Of a stretch of 64,000 nt of DNA, positions 10,701 through 19,579 are shown piece after piece. The stretch spans positions 9,111-73,110 of the forward strand of contig CAMDSC010000006.1 in assembly GCA_945907065.1 (NCBI GenBank). Direction: 5' to 3'. The DNA comes from Chitinophaga pinensis (GTDB lineage: Bacteria; Bacteroidota; Bacteroidia; NS11-12g; UBA9320). Under the pieces are notes generated by a model, which did no database searches, was not told the origin of the DNA, and worked only from the letters and a program-made list of their open reading frames with translations. Position 1 is the stretch's first letter. The number at the start of each line of letters is the position of its first letter. The translations under genes were made by a program, and so were the position numbers.

Positions 10701-11033
10701 ATCCTTTAACTCAATTGAATTTGGTTCCATTAAAATTGTTAAAGAAGAACTTTCCACAATTATGGTTTTAGTTTCATAACCAATATTGCTTATAACCAAT
10801 TCAGCACCTTTTGAAGCTGATATTGTAAATTCACCTTTAATGTCAGAAATTGCACCTGTACGGGTGTTTTTTAATACAATAGTAACTCCTTCAATCGGCA
10901 ATTTTGATGTAGCATCATTAATTTTACCATTAATTTGAAGATCTTGGGAAAATAATAAAATTGGTGTTGTAATTAAAAAATTCAAAAATAACAGACCAAT
11001 CCATTTGCGTTTAGTAATACTTTTTAGCATCAT
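7788..11033 (-). CDS. susC-like: SusC/RagA-family TonB-dependent receptor
   Basis: 1081 aa, with an N-terminal carboxypeptidase-regulatory-like domain (INGKINDATSKLPIEGVTIVLKNT), a plug, a large barrel and a terminal …LNLTF. Confidence 0.85.
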   Translation of the reverse strand: MMLKSITKRKWIGLLFLNFLITTPILLFSQDLQINGKINDATSKLPIEGVTIVLKNTRTGAISDIKGEFTISASKGAELVISNIGYETKTIIVESSSLTILMEPNSIELKDLVITALGVKKDKKYISYATQEVQGEDLVKARDPNPFTTLTGKVAGLTVGASAELLGNPQVLMRGNPIYLYVVDGVPINSDTWNINGDDIESYTILKGPVASALYGYRGQNGAIIINTKKGSKNKRGFAVEYNSSTMFQKGFIALPRTQDLYGPGDHGKYEFVDGKGAGVNDGDYDIWGPKFDGRLLPQYDSPVDPITGKRTPTPWTARGKDNLERFIQTGILTNNSIAISSSGEKHDLRFSVSNNYQRGIIPNTDLKTINFNLSSSLKMTKKLKLDANLNFNKQFTDNIPDVNYGPNSVIYNITIWGGADWDIRDMEDYWQPGKEGVQSKYEEYQRYHNPYFMSYEWLRGHHKNDIYGYTSLTYKFNNYFDFMGRTSISTYDLTRTEKMPFSAHPYGREENQGDYIEDKRSLFENNTDGILRMNAPKIANFIKVSGLIGGNIRLFSYASSFVKTDYLNVPNVYSFSNSRNPVKAYNFNSDMRVNSAFYSYDFELGKYANLNTSGRVDKLSALKKDNNTFFYPSVNANTVITDYVKLPSVINFLKLRASYAQSRGGGAFVANTIGVTPNNTYPVGYGSQYTSTYGGPSYQFNDVYSNSIGYNNSTASRFSNNLIDENIKPDNRTNSELGIDMKFLNNRIGLDLAYFKYIDGPQIFTQQISQASGFTNNIINATKTEKKGLEVTLTGKIIEKSKVGKGLSWDVMVNWSKFKETYKELPEGLTAINNFYKVGSRTDEVWIKKFARTEDGKIINDGGGRPIILPVAQLAGHSNPDWVWSVYNKVGYKSFTLGFQFDGRVGGIMEDYVRKKTFQGGRHIETTEGDFGISRDQDALGIKSYIGEGVQVSNSASIKFDPVTGKIINYGELQFADNATKTYVQDYISRVHSIPEPNMMSKTYTKLREVVLTYQIPSSIAKKGFIQGATVSIVARNVLYFLKDGKKFKDVDVDQFANQSSTNLQTPTLRSYGINLNLTF

Positions 11034-11053
11034 TTTTTTTTAATTTGATGCTT

Positions 11054-11061
11054 CAAAAATA
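11054..11061 (-). promoter_or_regulatory. Candidate Bacteroidota -7 promoter element (TAnnTTTG) upstream of the susC-like gene
   Basis: The minus strand reads TATTTTTG about 21 to 28 nt upstream of the SusC ATGATG start, inside a 244-nt AT-rich leader region. Confidence 0.2.
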
Positions 11062-11277
11062 ATTTTGAGTGTATTAAGCGTTCCGTTATTTTAAGTTATT
11101 TTTTAGTGAAAATAACCTTTCTTTAATGTTAATTTGTTTTTTTAAAGATATAATTTCTTAATGATTTAAACATACATAAGTTTTTCAAAACGTTATTTAT
11201 CATTAATTAAGTTATTTGAAAATACTAAGGTTCTCAATTTATGTAAATAAAATTTGATGAATTGGTTTTTATAACTA

Positions 11278-12474
11278 TTAACTTGTTAATGTTTTATAAA
11301 AATTCAATAGCCTTTGAATTACGGCCTCGTTTGAATACTTTGATATTATTAATTCATAACCATTTTTGCTCACTTGCTGATAGTGACTTTGGTTTAGAGC
11401 AATTTGTTTAAATATTCTAGCAAATTCTTCAGGTATATCTGCAATTAGTATGTTTTTTCCATCTATATAGTCAATTCCTTGAGCACCAATTGTAGTGGAA
11501 ATTACCAATTTGGAGGCCGCCATAGCTTCCAATATTTTTAAGCGGATGCCGCTTCCCGAAAGCAAAGGAACTACCGTAATTGATTTGTCTTTTACAAAAT
11601 CAGCTCCATCTTTTACTTCCCCAACCATTACCACGTTTTCAAATACCATTTGCTTCATAGTATCCGGCATATTTTTGCCAGCTATAAAAAGTTTGAATCG
11701 TTTATCCATCTTTAATATTAAAGGCCAAACTTCTTTAAGAAACCATAAAACAGCCTCACGATTTGGCATCCATTCCAATGAACCCAAGTGGAAAATATGA
11801 AACAGATTTTCATTGTTTGAAGGTTTCCAATATTTAGTATCAATACCTGCGGGTGAAATAAAAATGGGTTTTATACATCCCAATTTTTCAAATAATTTAC
11901 CATCATCAGGAGTTACAGGAACTATTGCATCAAATTTATTTATAATCTCTTTTTCAAAATTATAAAGCCGTTTTGAAAGTAAATTGAGGTACCATTTTTT
12001 CAAAAAATTAGTTTCATTAATTGCTAATCGTTTCCATATTTGATACTCAACATTGTGTTGTCTTAATATTATTGGTGCCTTGCTATATAGCTTCAATACA
12101 TCAAAATACATAGCTACAAATGTGCCTTCCACCTGAATGATATCATAGGTTTCCGAATTTAATAGATTTACCAAAAACTGTTCAAAATTTCTATTATAAA
12201 ACCGAATGGCATTGTAGGATTGCTTGGAAAATAAATTAATAAAAGCTGGTATTGGTTTTACATTGGTATCAATATCAAAAATATAAACCGTAGCGTATTT
12301 TTTTAATTCAATGGAAGCTTCTTCAATATCAATATTATGTTTAATTCCGTTTAAACAAGCAAGAGTAACCTCATGGCCTGCTTCTGCAAATCCACGGGTG
12401 TAGTTATAAATTCCTATAGTGCCACCTTCATTTAAAGGATATGGAACCCTATGCGAAACTTGTAAAATCTTCAT
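11278..12474 (-). CDS. Glycosyltransferase, GT4/GT1 family
   Basis: About 400 aa with a GT-B fold. It has the C-terminal EX7E-like region (…PLLSGSGIRLKILEAMAASKLVISTTIGAQG…) and an N-terminal hydrophobic sugar-acceptor domain. Its start overlaps the upstream stop (TAATG). Confidence 0.7.
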   Translation of the reverse strand: MKILQVSHRVPYPLNEGGTIGIYNYTRGFAEAGHEVTLACLNGIKHNIDIEEASIELKKYATVYIFDIDTNVKPIPAFINLFSKQSYNAIRFYNRNFEQFLVNLLNSETYDIIQVEGTFVAMYFDVLKLYSKAPIILRQHNVEYQIWKRLAINETNFLKKWYLNLLSKRLYNFEKEIINKFDAIVPVTPDDGKLFEKLGCIKPIFISPAGIDTKYWKPSNNENLFHIFHLGSLEWMPNREAVLWFLKEVWPLILKMDKRFKLFIAGKNMPDTMKQMVFENVVMVGEVKDGADFVKDKSITVVPLLSGSGIRLKILEAMAASKLVISTTIGAQGIDYIDGKNILIADIPEEFARIFKQIALNQSHYQQVSKNGYELIISKYSNEAVIQRLLNFYKTLTS

Positions 12475-14060
12475 TAAGATTTACTTTTATTTATAAATGG
12501 GAGTTTTTTTAACCAGCTCCAATTAATTCCTTTTTCAAATAATTTAGCATCTGAGTTGGCCTTATAAGTTAGAATTATAGCAAATGGAAGCAGAATTAAA
12601 GTACTTAACCAAACTGAAATATAAGCTGGCATAACTTCTCCTCTGGCTAATTTTTCACCTATTAAATTAATAGAAAAATAAAATATGAAAAGTACAACAG
12701 ATACTACCATTGGCCAGCCAAAACCACCTCTTCGGATAATTGCTCCCATTGGTGCACCAACAAAAAATAATAAGATACACGAAATAGCTAATGTGTATTT
12801 TTTGTGCCATTCCACTTCGTATTTTAACTGGTTTTCACGCTGATTAAGCAAATCTTTATGTGTGGTTTCAACAATACTTGAAATATTACGGGCAAATTGT
12901 TTTGCACTTTCCAATATTTCGGGTTTATTGTCTTTCTTTTTGTTGGGTTTGTCAAGTACTATAGGAGCAGTACTACTAGTTACAATTGGAGTTTCAATTG
13001 TATCTTCTTCAGTTTTTATCTTTACACCTGCAGTTTTTATTTCAGTGGCTTGATAGTCTTCATTCATTGAGTTTCTTAATTCTCTAAAACTTCCAAGGGA
13101 TTGATAATATTTCATTTTAAGTTTTGTAGAATCGAAATTATAATTCTTTGAAGTATCGATTCCAAAATGGAAGTAGGGTAATAAAAATTGATAAGTAAGT
13201 TGTTGTCTTTCCAATATTAACCTGCGCAATGAATCAATTTTAATATCAAGTTCATTGACATTCATCATTCTATAATCATCTTTAAATAAATCTTTTTGGG
13301 TTCTTTTAAATTGTAAATCAGAAAGGTCGATGGCAATATCTTGAGTTTTAAATTTCATTACAGTATGCTGAAATGACTTGTAATAAGTTGGATTATCAAT
13401 CATTTCCTGATATTTAACTCCATCTTTTAATGTAAGAACTAAGTATTTTTCATCAGGTGTCATTTCCATAGTTCCGCTTTTGGCTAATATGATATTATTA
13501 TTTCCTACTCCAGAACTTTTTACGTAAATCAAAATATTTTGAATGGTTTTATTATCATTCAGTTTTTTTCCAATTTTGATTGCATATCCATCAATGTCTT
13601 TAAAAAATACACCTTCTTTTATACTTAAAGCCGGGCGTTTGTTACTCACATCATACAGCAATGCTCCCCAACTTAAATTAGCTTTAGGGATTAAAATATT
13701 AGAGGCATAAAAAGCAAATCCTGCAATTACAAGTATGGTGGCATACATAGGTATAAAAATTCGAAGCAGCGAAATGCCTGCTGATTTTATTGAAACTAAT
13801 TCATAATTTTCGCCAAGGCTACCAAAAGCCATAATAGAAGATAAAAGTACCGCAAGTGGCAATGCCATTGGAATTAAATGAATTGCTGAATAGCCAATAA
13901 ATTCTAATATTACATACCATTCCAGGCCTTTACCAATTAAGTCGCCAATATATTTCCACAAAAATTGAAGAAGAAAAAGAAATAAAGAAACAAAAAAAGT
14001 GGCTATAAATGGACCTATAAAAGAACGAAGTATAAGAATATGAAGTTTCTTTATGCCCAT
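12474..14060 (-). CDS. LptF/LptG (YjgP/YjgQ) family permease, long form
   Basis: The N-terminus MGIKKLHILILRSFIGPFIATFFVSLFLFLLQF… is typical of YjgP/YjgQ. There are three N-terminal and three C-terminal transmembrane helices, and a central region carrying an extra ~150-aa charged insertion. Confidence 0.7.
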   Translation of the reverse strand: MGIKKLHILILRSFIGPFIATFFVSLFLFLLQFLWKYIGDLIGKGLEWYVILEFIGYSAIHLIPMALPLAVLLSSIMAFGSLGENYELVSIKSAGISLLRIFIPMYATILVIAGFAFYASNILIPKANLSWGALLYDVSNKRPALSIKEGVFFKDIDGYAIKIGKKLNDNKTIQNILIYVKSSGVGNNNIILAKSGTMEMTPDEKYLVLTLKDGVKYQEMIDNPTYYKSFQHTVMKFKTQDIAIDLSDLQFKRTQKDLFKDDYRMMNVNELDIKIDSLRRLILERQQLTYQFLLPYFHFGIDTSKNYNFDSTKLKMKYYQSLGSFRELRNSMNEDYQATEIKTAGVKIKTEEDTIETPIVTSSTAPIVLDKPNKKKDNKPEILESAKQFARNISSIVETTHKDLLNQRENQLKYEVEWHKKYTLAISCILLFFVGAPMGAIIRRGGFGWPMVVSVVLFIFYFSINLIGEKLARGEVMPAYISVWLSTLILLPFAIILTYKANSDAKLFEKGINWSWLKKLPFINKSKS

Positions 14061-14698
14061 AGTTGTTTGTTCTTTAATAATTGAAAATCACCATTTTCAA
14101 TTTTAAATTCTTTGGTACAAATAAAATCATATTCCAATGGATTATTGGAAGCTATAATCACCATTCGGTCTTTAGTATATTCAGTTACAAGTTTTTGATA
14201 AAGTTTGATATTATCTTCATCCATATTGGAACAAGGCTCATCCAAAAAAAGAACTTCGGCAGCGGTAAATATTGCCAACGTATTTTTAAACCTTTGTTTT
14301 ATGCCTGATGACAATTGCTTTATTTGTTTTTTTCTATGGTTGTCCAAATTTCCCAAACTTATTATTTCATCCGTCTTAATATTATTCCAAGTTTGTTTTT
14401 GATTAAAATGAAACTCTATATGTTCTTCAATTGTTAGATGTTCAAATAAATCAATATAGGGTGATGAAAATGTGAAATCAGGGGATTCGTATTCTTTGTC
14501 ATCCTTTACCCAGCTAAGTTTTCCTTTGTCAAAATAAAGAAAACCTGCCATAATTTTAAGTAAAGTGCTTTTGCCAGAACCATTGGCTCCTAAGATTGCA
14601 ATTTTTTCGTAAGGGTATACCGTTAGGTTAAGAGATTTTAGTACCCATTGATTACCAAATTTTTTGTAAAGGTTTTCTATGTTTAATGAAATGGCCAA
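14051..14698 (-). CDS. ABC transporter ATP-binding protein (short, LptB/CcmA-like)
   Basis: Walker A GANGSGKST, signature LSSGIKQR, Walker B VLFLDEP and D-loop SNMD. It is 215 aa and its stop overlaps the permease start (ATGGGCATAA). Confidence 0.75.
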   Translation of the reverse strand: MAISLNIENLYKKFGNQWVLKSLNLTVYPYEKIAILGANGSGKSTLLKIMAGFLYFDKGKLSWVKDDKEYESPDFTFSSPYIDLFEHLTIEEHIEFHFNQKQTWNNIKTDEIISLGNLDNHRKKQIKQLSSGIKQRFKNTLAIFTAAEVLFLDEPCSNMDEDNIKLYQKLVTEYTKDRMVIIASNNPLEYDFICTKEFKIENGDFQLLKNKQLWA

Positions 14699-14701
14699 AA
14701 T

Positions 14702-15484
14702 TTATTTCGACGAAAAACCTTTCATTATTCCTCGGTCAGATTCTTTAATAAAGGTTAAAATTTCATCACGTTCTTTTGTGGCAGGCATTTCTGTTTCAAT
14801 TTTTTTGATTGCGGCATTATTATTAAATCCTCTAAGGTAAAGAATTCGATAAATTTCCTGTATCTCGGCTATTTTTTCAGAAGTAAATCCTCGTCTTCTA
14901 AGCCCTATTGAATTTACACCTTCATAGGATAATGGTTCACGAGCAGCTTTTGAATAGGGGGGCACATCTTTACGAACTAGCGAACCACCTGAAATCATTA
15001 CATGGCCACCAATTTTGGCAAACTGATGAACTGCTGATAAACCGCCAAGAATCGCTGATTCACCAATCTCAACATGACCTGCCAACTGAACGGCATTTGC
15101 TAATATACAATTGTCACCAATTATGCAATCATGCGCCACATGCACATAAGCCATAAGAAGGCAGTTATTGCCTATTATAGTTTTTCCACTAGCACTTGTT
15201 CCGCGATTGATAGTAACACACTCTCTTATAACAGAATTATCTCCTATTATAGTAAGACTTTGTTCTCCGTCAAATTTAAGGTCTTGAGGTATTGCGCTTA
15301 TTACAGCACCTGGAAATATTTTAACATTTTTACCAATTCTTGCACCTTCCATTATTGTAACGTTGGATGCAATCCAACTTCCTTCTCCAATTTCCACATT
15401 TCTATGTATGGTTACGAAGGGATCTATCATTACGTTTTGGGCAAGTTTGGCTTCAGGGCTTACGTATGCTAATGGTTGAATCAT
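14702..15484 (-). CDS. lpxA: Acyl-ACP--UDP-N-acetylglucosamine O-acyltransferase
   Basis: Left-handed beta-helix hexapeptide repeats (IDPFVTIHRNVEIGEGSWIASNVTI…), ~260 aa, and a C-terminal helical domain. Confidence 0.85.
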   Translation of the reverse strand: MIQPLAYVSPEAKLAQNVMIDPFVTIHRNVEIGEGSWIASNVTIMEGARIGKNVKIFPGAVISAIPQDLKFDGEQSLTIIGDNSVIRECVTINRGTSASGKTIIGNNCLLMAYVHVAHDCIIGDNCILANAVQLAGHVEIGESAILGGLSAVHQFAKIGGHVMISGGSLVRKDVPPYSKAAREPLSYEGVNSIGLRRRGFTSEKIAEIQEIYRILYLRGFNNNAAIKKIETEMPATKERDEILTFIKESDRGIMKGFSSK

Positions 15485-15491
15485 GTTTTTA

Positions 15492-16919
15492 TTAATTAAG
15501 CTCTGTATTTTCTGATTTATTTCTTATCACTTGAGCCATCATTTCGGCTTCACAAACTATTTTGTTGCCAACAAAAGCTGTACCTCTCATCAGGCACATA
15601 CCACGACGAATGGGGGCTATCAATTCCATTTTTAAAATAAGAGTATCGCCAGGAACTACTTTACCTTTAAATTTTGCAGAATCTATTTTTACAAAATAAG
15701 TACTAAAATTTTCAGGGTCAGGTTCTCTGCTCAGTATTAAAACACCACCAGTTTGAGCTAACGCCTCTATTTGCAATACAGCTGGAAACAAAGCCTCTCC
15801 AGGGAAATGACCTGGAAAAAAATATTGGTCGGCACTCACATTCTTAATGGCCACTACTTCGTTTTCTGATAATTTTATAACTTTATCAACTAATAAAAAA
15901 GGCCATCTGTGAGGTAATAGTTTTTCAACTTGGGTGTGGGTGTATACCGGAGCTTTGGATGGGTCATAAACGGGAACGTCAATTTTAAATTTATTTTCCT
16001 TTTTAATTTTTTCAATCTGTCGCTTTATCTTTTTAGCAAATTCTACATTTGCCGCATGGCCAGGACGAGCTGCCATTATTTGGGCTTTTATGGGGGTTCC
16101 AATTAACGCCAAGTCACCAATTAAATCTAATAGTTTATGACGAGCAGGTTCATTTTGAAACCGCAATTCGACATTATTTAATATTCCTTCTTTTTTTACT
16201 TCTACTTTTGGTTTGTTAAATAATTTTGCCAAATTTTCAAGTTCTGAATCTTCCACTACTCTGTCCACTATCACAATAGCATTATTTAAATCACCCCCTT
16301 TTATGAGGTCGTTTTTTATAAGCATTTCTAACTCATGCAAAAAACAAAAAGTTCGACAACTGGCTATTTGTTCACCAAACTCTGACAGTGAAGTAATAGA
16401 AGCATGCTGACTTCCTAGTACAGGTGAATTGTAATCTACCATTACAGTAAGTCTATAATCATTAAGCGGCATGGCCACCATTTCTATTTGATTATTCTCA
16501 TCACGATAACTTATGTTTTCTGTTATCTCAAAATATTCTCTTTCAAATTTTTGAACCTCAATACCTATAGACTTTAATTGTTTCACAAATTCGACAGAAC
16601 TTCCATCCATAATTGGCATTTCAGGGCCATCAATTTGCAATAAAACATTATCAATTTCTAAGCCGGCTAATGCAGCCAAAACGTGCTCTACTGTAGAAAT
16701 TCTAGCACTATTTTGCTCAAGAGTTGTACCTCTTGAAGTATCAACAACTAAATCACAATCAGCCTTTATAGTTGGCTGATTGGGTAAATCTATACGTTGA
16801 AAAACATAGCCATGATTTTCAACCGCTGGGTTAAAAGTTAAATTAACTTTTTGTCCTGTATGCAACCCAACCCCCGACATGGTAAAGGCTTTTTTAATGG
16901 TTGTCTGAAATTTTTCCAT
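15492..16919 (-). CDS. lpxC/fabZ: Bifunctional UDP-3-O-acyl-GlcNAc deacetylase / 3-hydroxyacyl-ACP dehydratase
   Basis: The N-terminal LpxC motif (FTMSGVGLHTGQKVNLTF) is followed by a C-terminal FabZ hotdog domain (HFPGEALFPAVLQIEALAQTGGVL). This fusion is characteristic of Bacteroidota. Confidence 0.85.
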   Translation of the reverse strand: MEKFQTTIKKAFTMSGVGLHTGQKVNLTFNPAVENHGYVFQRIDLPNQPTIKADCDLVVDTSRGTTLEQNSARISTVEHVLAALAGLEIDNVLLQIDGPEMPIMDGSSVEFVKQLKSIGIEVQKFEREYFEITENISYRDENNQIEMVAMPLNDYRLTVMVDYNSPVLGSQHASITSLSEFGEQIASCRTFCFLHELEMLIKNDLIKGGDLNNAIVIVDRVVEDSELENLAKLFNKPKVEVKKEGILNNVELRFQNEPARHKLLDLIGDLALIGTPIKAQIMAARPGHAANVEFAKKIKRQIEKIKKENKFKIDVPVYDPSKAPVYTHTQVEKLLPHRWPFLLVDKVIKLSENEVVAIKNVSADQYFFPGHFPGEALFPAVLQIEALAQTGGVLILSREPDPENFSTYFVKIDSAKFKGKVVPGDTLILKMELIAPIRRGMCLMRGTAFVGNKIVCEAEMMAQVIRNKSENTELN

Positions 16920-16929
16920 TATTTATGAA

Positions 16930-17946
16930 TCACTTATTTTTTTCTAATTTATTAATTTTATCAGCCAATTCGGGTAATCTACGATAAACAGCCATGGCTT
17001 TAAATGCATCTCTTAATGGCATGCCAGGTCTACCAATCCATTGCTTTCCTTTTTCAGTTATGTTTTTTGTTATTCCGCTTTGGGCTCCAATTTGAGTGCC
17101 ATCAGCTACACTAATATGCCCTACAAAACCTACTTGCCCACCAATAACACAACCATCGCCAAGTTTTACAGAACCTGATACGCCAGTGAGGGCTGCTATT
17201 ACTGTATTTTTACCAATCTCTACATTATGTGCAATTTGAATCAAATTATCCAATTTTGCTCCTTGTTTTATTATTGTACTTCCCATAGTAGCACGGTCAA
17301 TAGCACAATTAGCACCTATTTCCACATCATTTTCAATTTCTACATTACCTACCTGCGGAATTTTAATATAGCTTCCATCTTTTTGCATTGCAAATCCAAA
17401 ACCATCAGAACCGATCACTGTGCCGCTGTGAATAATACAATTATTCCCAATTTTAGTTTCGTTATAAATTTTTACACCTGCATATATAACTGTATTGTCG
17501 CCAAGGGTGCAGTTGTCTCCAATATAAGTTTGAGGGTATAGTTTGACATTTTTTCCAAGAGTTACATTTTTGCCTATTACTGCAAATTCTCCAATATACA
17601 ACCCTTCAATAATATCGATATTGCCCATAACGTGGCACTTTTCAGAAATTCCTGAAGGATGGGTAACCGGATTGAAATATTTACCAAGAATTATACAGAA
17701 TGAAGTATATGGATCCTTAACTTTAATAAAAGTAATATCATTTCGAAGCGGTAAAGCTTGATCTTTATTTACTAATACTATACTGGCAGTAGTAGTTTCT
17801 AGAAAAAGTTCGTATTTGGGGTTTGCAAGAAAACTTATGGCATCTTTAAAGCCTGCATCAATTTTGCAAACTGAATTTATAATAATTGATGAATCGCCAA
17901 CCAATTCACCGTCTAATTCCTGAGCTAATCTTTCGGCTGTAAGCAT
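16930..17946 (-). CDS. lpxD: UDP-3-O-(3-hydroxyacyl)glucosamine N-acyltransferase
   Basis: An N-terminal LpxD-specific domain followed by extended hexapeptide repeats (IGDNCTLGDNTVIYAGVKIYNETKIGNNCIIHSGTVIGSDGFGF). Confidence 0.85.
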   Translation of the reverse strand: MLTAERLAQELDGELVGDSSIIINSVCKIDAGFKDAISFLANPKYELFLETTTASIVLVNKDQALPLRNDITFIKVKDPYTSFCIILGKYFNPVTHPSGISEKCHVMGNIDIIEGLYIGEFAVIGKNVTLGKNVKLYPQTYIGDNCTLGDNTVIYAGVKIYNETKIGNNCIIHSGTVIGSDGFGFAMQKDGSYIKIPQVGNVEIENDVEIGANCAIDRATMGSTIIKQGAKLDNLIQIAHNVEIGKNTVIAALTGVSGSVKLGDGCVIGGQVGFVGHISVADGTQIGAQSGITKNITEKGKQWIGRPGMPLRDAFKAMAVYRRLPELADKINKLEKNK

Positions 17947-18065
17947 GTAAGGTAATGCTGCAAACTTACTTATTTTTTTAGATTTGATTGGATAAATTTA
18001 GATTATACCAGTATTCTATTTTTTTTAATAAAATTTATAAACAAGGTGGCTAAAAATGCTTAATC

Positions 18066-19184
18066 TTAATTATTCAGCATCATTGGCATTATAAGCATCA
18101 GCATGGCTTCTTCTTTCACCTTCTCGTTTGGTAAAATAATGCCAGCACGATTAGGTGTACTCATTTCAAACTTTACTACATCAATATCAAGACTTCCCAA
18201 AAGCTCCAATAATAACTTTGAATTAAACCCTATTTCAATATCTTCTCCTGTATAATCGCAGGCTATTTTTTCAATAGCTTCATTGCTCAAGTCAAAATCT
18301 TCAGCTGAAATACTCATTTCACTACCTGCTAGTTTTAGGCGTATTTGATGGGTTGATTTGCTAGAATAAATAGAAATACGTTTTACGGAATTGTATAAAT
18401 CTTCACGGTTAATAACCAATACATTTGGATTTTCCTGAGGAATAACTGCATTATAATCTGGATATTTTTCATCAATAAAACGACAAACTAATTTAGTATC
18501 ACCAAATGAGAAAAATGCATTGGAACGATTATAATCAATTTGAACAGGCAAGGAAGCTCCTACTAAACTAGATTTTAAAAGGTTAAGAGCTTTTTTAGGT
18601 AAAATAAAGTTGTGCTTTACACCAGGTTTAACATCGTTTCTTTCCACTTTTACCAATCTGTTAGCATCCGTGGCCACAAATGTTATTTTGTCTTCCTCTA
18701 ATTCCACAAAAACACCTGTAAGATTAAGCCTTAATTCATCATTGCCAGTTGCAAAAATTGTTTTGGCAATACAATTTTGTAAGGTTTCAGAAGCAATAGT
18801 GAAAGATGTTTCCGATTCTGTATCCGGTAATTTAGGAAAATCTTTTCCTGGTTGTCCTGCCAATTTATAATTACCAAATTCTGATTGAATTTGCACCTGA
18901 AACGTTTTTTCATCTATGGTAAAAGTAACTGGCTGATTTGGTAAGGACCTTAAGGTTTCAATAGTTAAACGGGAAGGAACCGCTACTGATATAGATCCAT
19001 CAGACTCGATGCTCATATTGGTTGTCATACTGGTTTCCAAATCAGTACTTGTAATACTTAGGTTGTTTTTAACTATTGTAAAAAGAAAATTTTCAATAAT
19101 AGGAAGTGTTGGCTTACTAACAAGTGTTCCACTTATTTTTTGTAAATGTTCGACTAATGAACTTGTATTGGCAATAAATTTCAT
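18066..19184 (-). CDS. dnaN: DNA polymerase III beta sliding clamp
   Basis: 372 aa. The N-terminus MKFIANTSSLVEHLQKISGTLVSKPTLPIIENFLF fits the sliding-clamp family, with a three-domain architecture. Confidence 0.85.
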   Translation of the reverse strand: MKFIANTSSLVEHLQKISGTLVSKPTLPIIENFLFTIVKNNLSITSTDLETSMTTNMSIESDGSISVAVPSRLTIETLRSLPNQPVTFTIDEKTFQVQIQSEFGNYKLAGQPGKDFPKLPDTESETSFTIASETLQNCIAKTIFATGNDELRLNLTGVFVELEEDKITFVATDANRLVKVERNDVKPGVKHNFILPKKALNLLKSSLVGASLPVQIDYNRSNAFFSFGDTKLVCRFIDEKYPDYNAVIPQENPNVLVINREDLYNSVKRISIYSSKSTHQIRLKLAGSEMSISAEDFDLSNEAIEKIACDYTGEDIEIGFNSKLLLELLGSLDIDVVKFEMSTPNRAGIILPNEKVKEEAMLMLIMPMMLNN

Positions 19185-19579
19185 ATTTATTAATTTATAT
19201 TTTTTAAGTTAAAGTAATTATGCCCTGATAATTCCTTGTGGGTTTTTAAAAAAAAATAAGGACATTTCATGATGGGCAAAAATACATAACTCAAAGTAAT
19301 GATTTTAATAAATAATAGTTAGAATTTAAAAATAATTTTACGGTAAAATTTGAATAAAGACAATTTAATACTTTAAGTGTTAGATAACAATTATTACAAC
19401 TTTGATAAGTCGTATTTAAGTAAAAAAATTATTATCAAATTAAATAGTTGCATTTTTCTAATTTATCAGTTTATATTTGTTGTATTAACTCTTTTAATAG
19501 AAAGCACTAAAACCTTTTGTTTATTTGAATAATAGGGCAATAATTGAGGGGTAAACTAACTATTAGAAATGTAAAAGTA

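Noticed and set aside
14908-15472. Plus-strand ORFs antisense to lpxA
   Set aside because: lpxA is unambiguous on the minus strand, and the antisense frames are His/Cys/Tyr-rich artefacts.
17227-17761. Plus-strand ORFs antisense to lpxD
   Set aside because: Same reasoning: lpxD hexapeptide repeats on the opposite strand commonly generate long antisense open frames.
19544-19579. N-terminal extensions of track ORFs that begin at TTG (also 21449, 45081, 51028 and 58273)
   Set aside because: In each case translation of the first codon as Met is an ORF-caller convention. An in-frame ATG with a sensible N-terminus (REC-domain start, signal peptide, lipobox) lies a few codons downstream, so I moved the starts.
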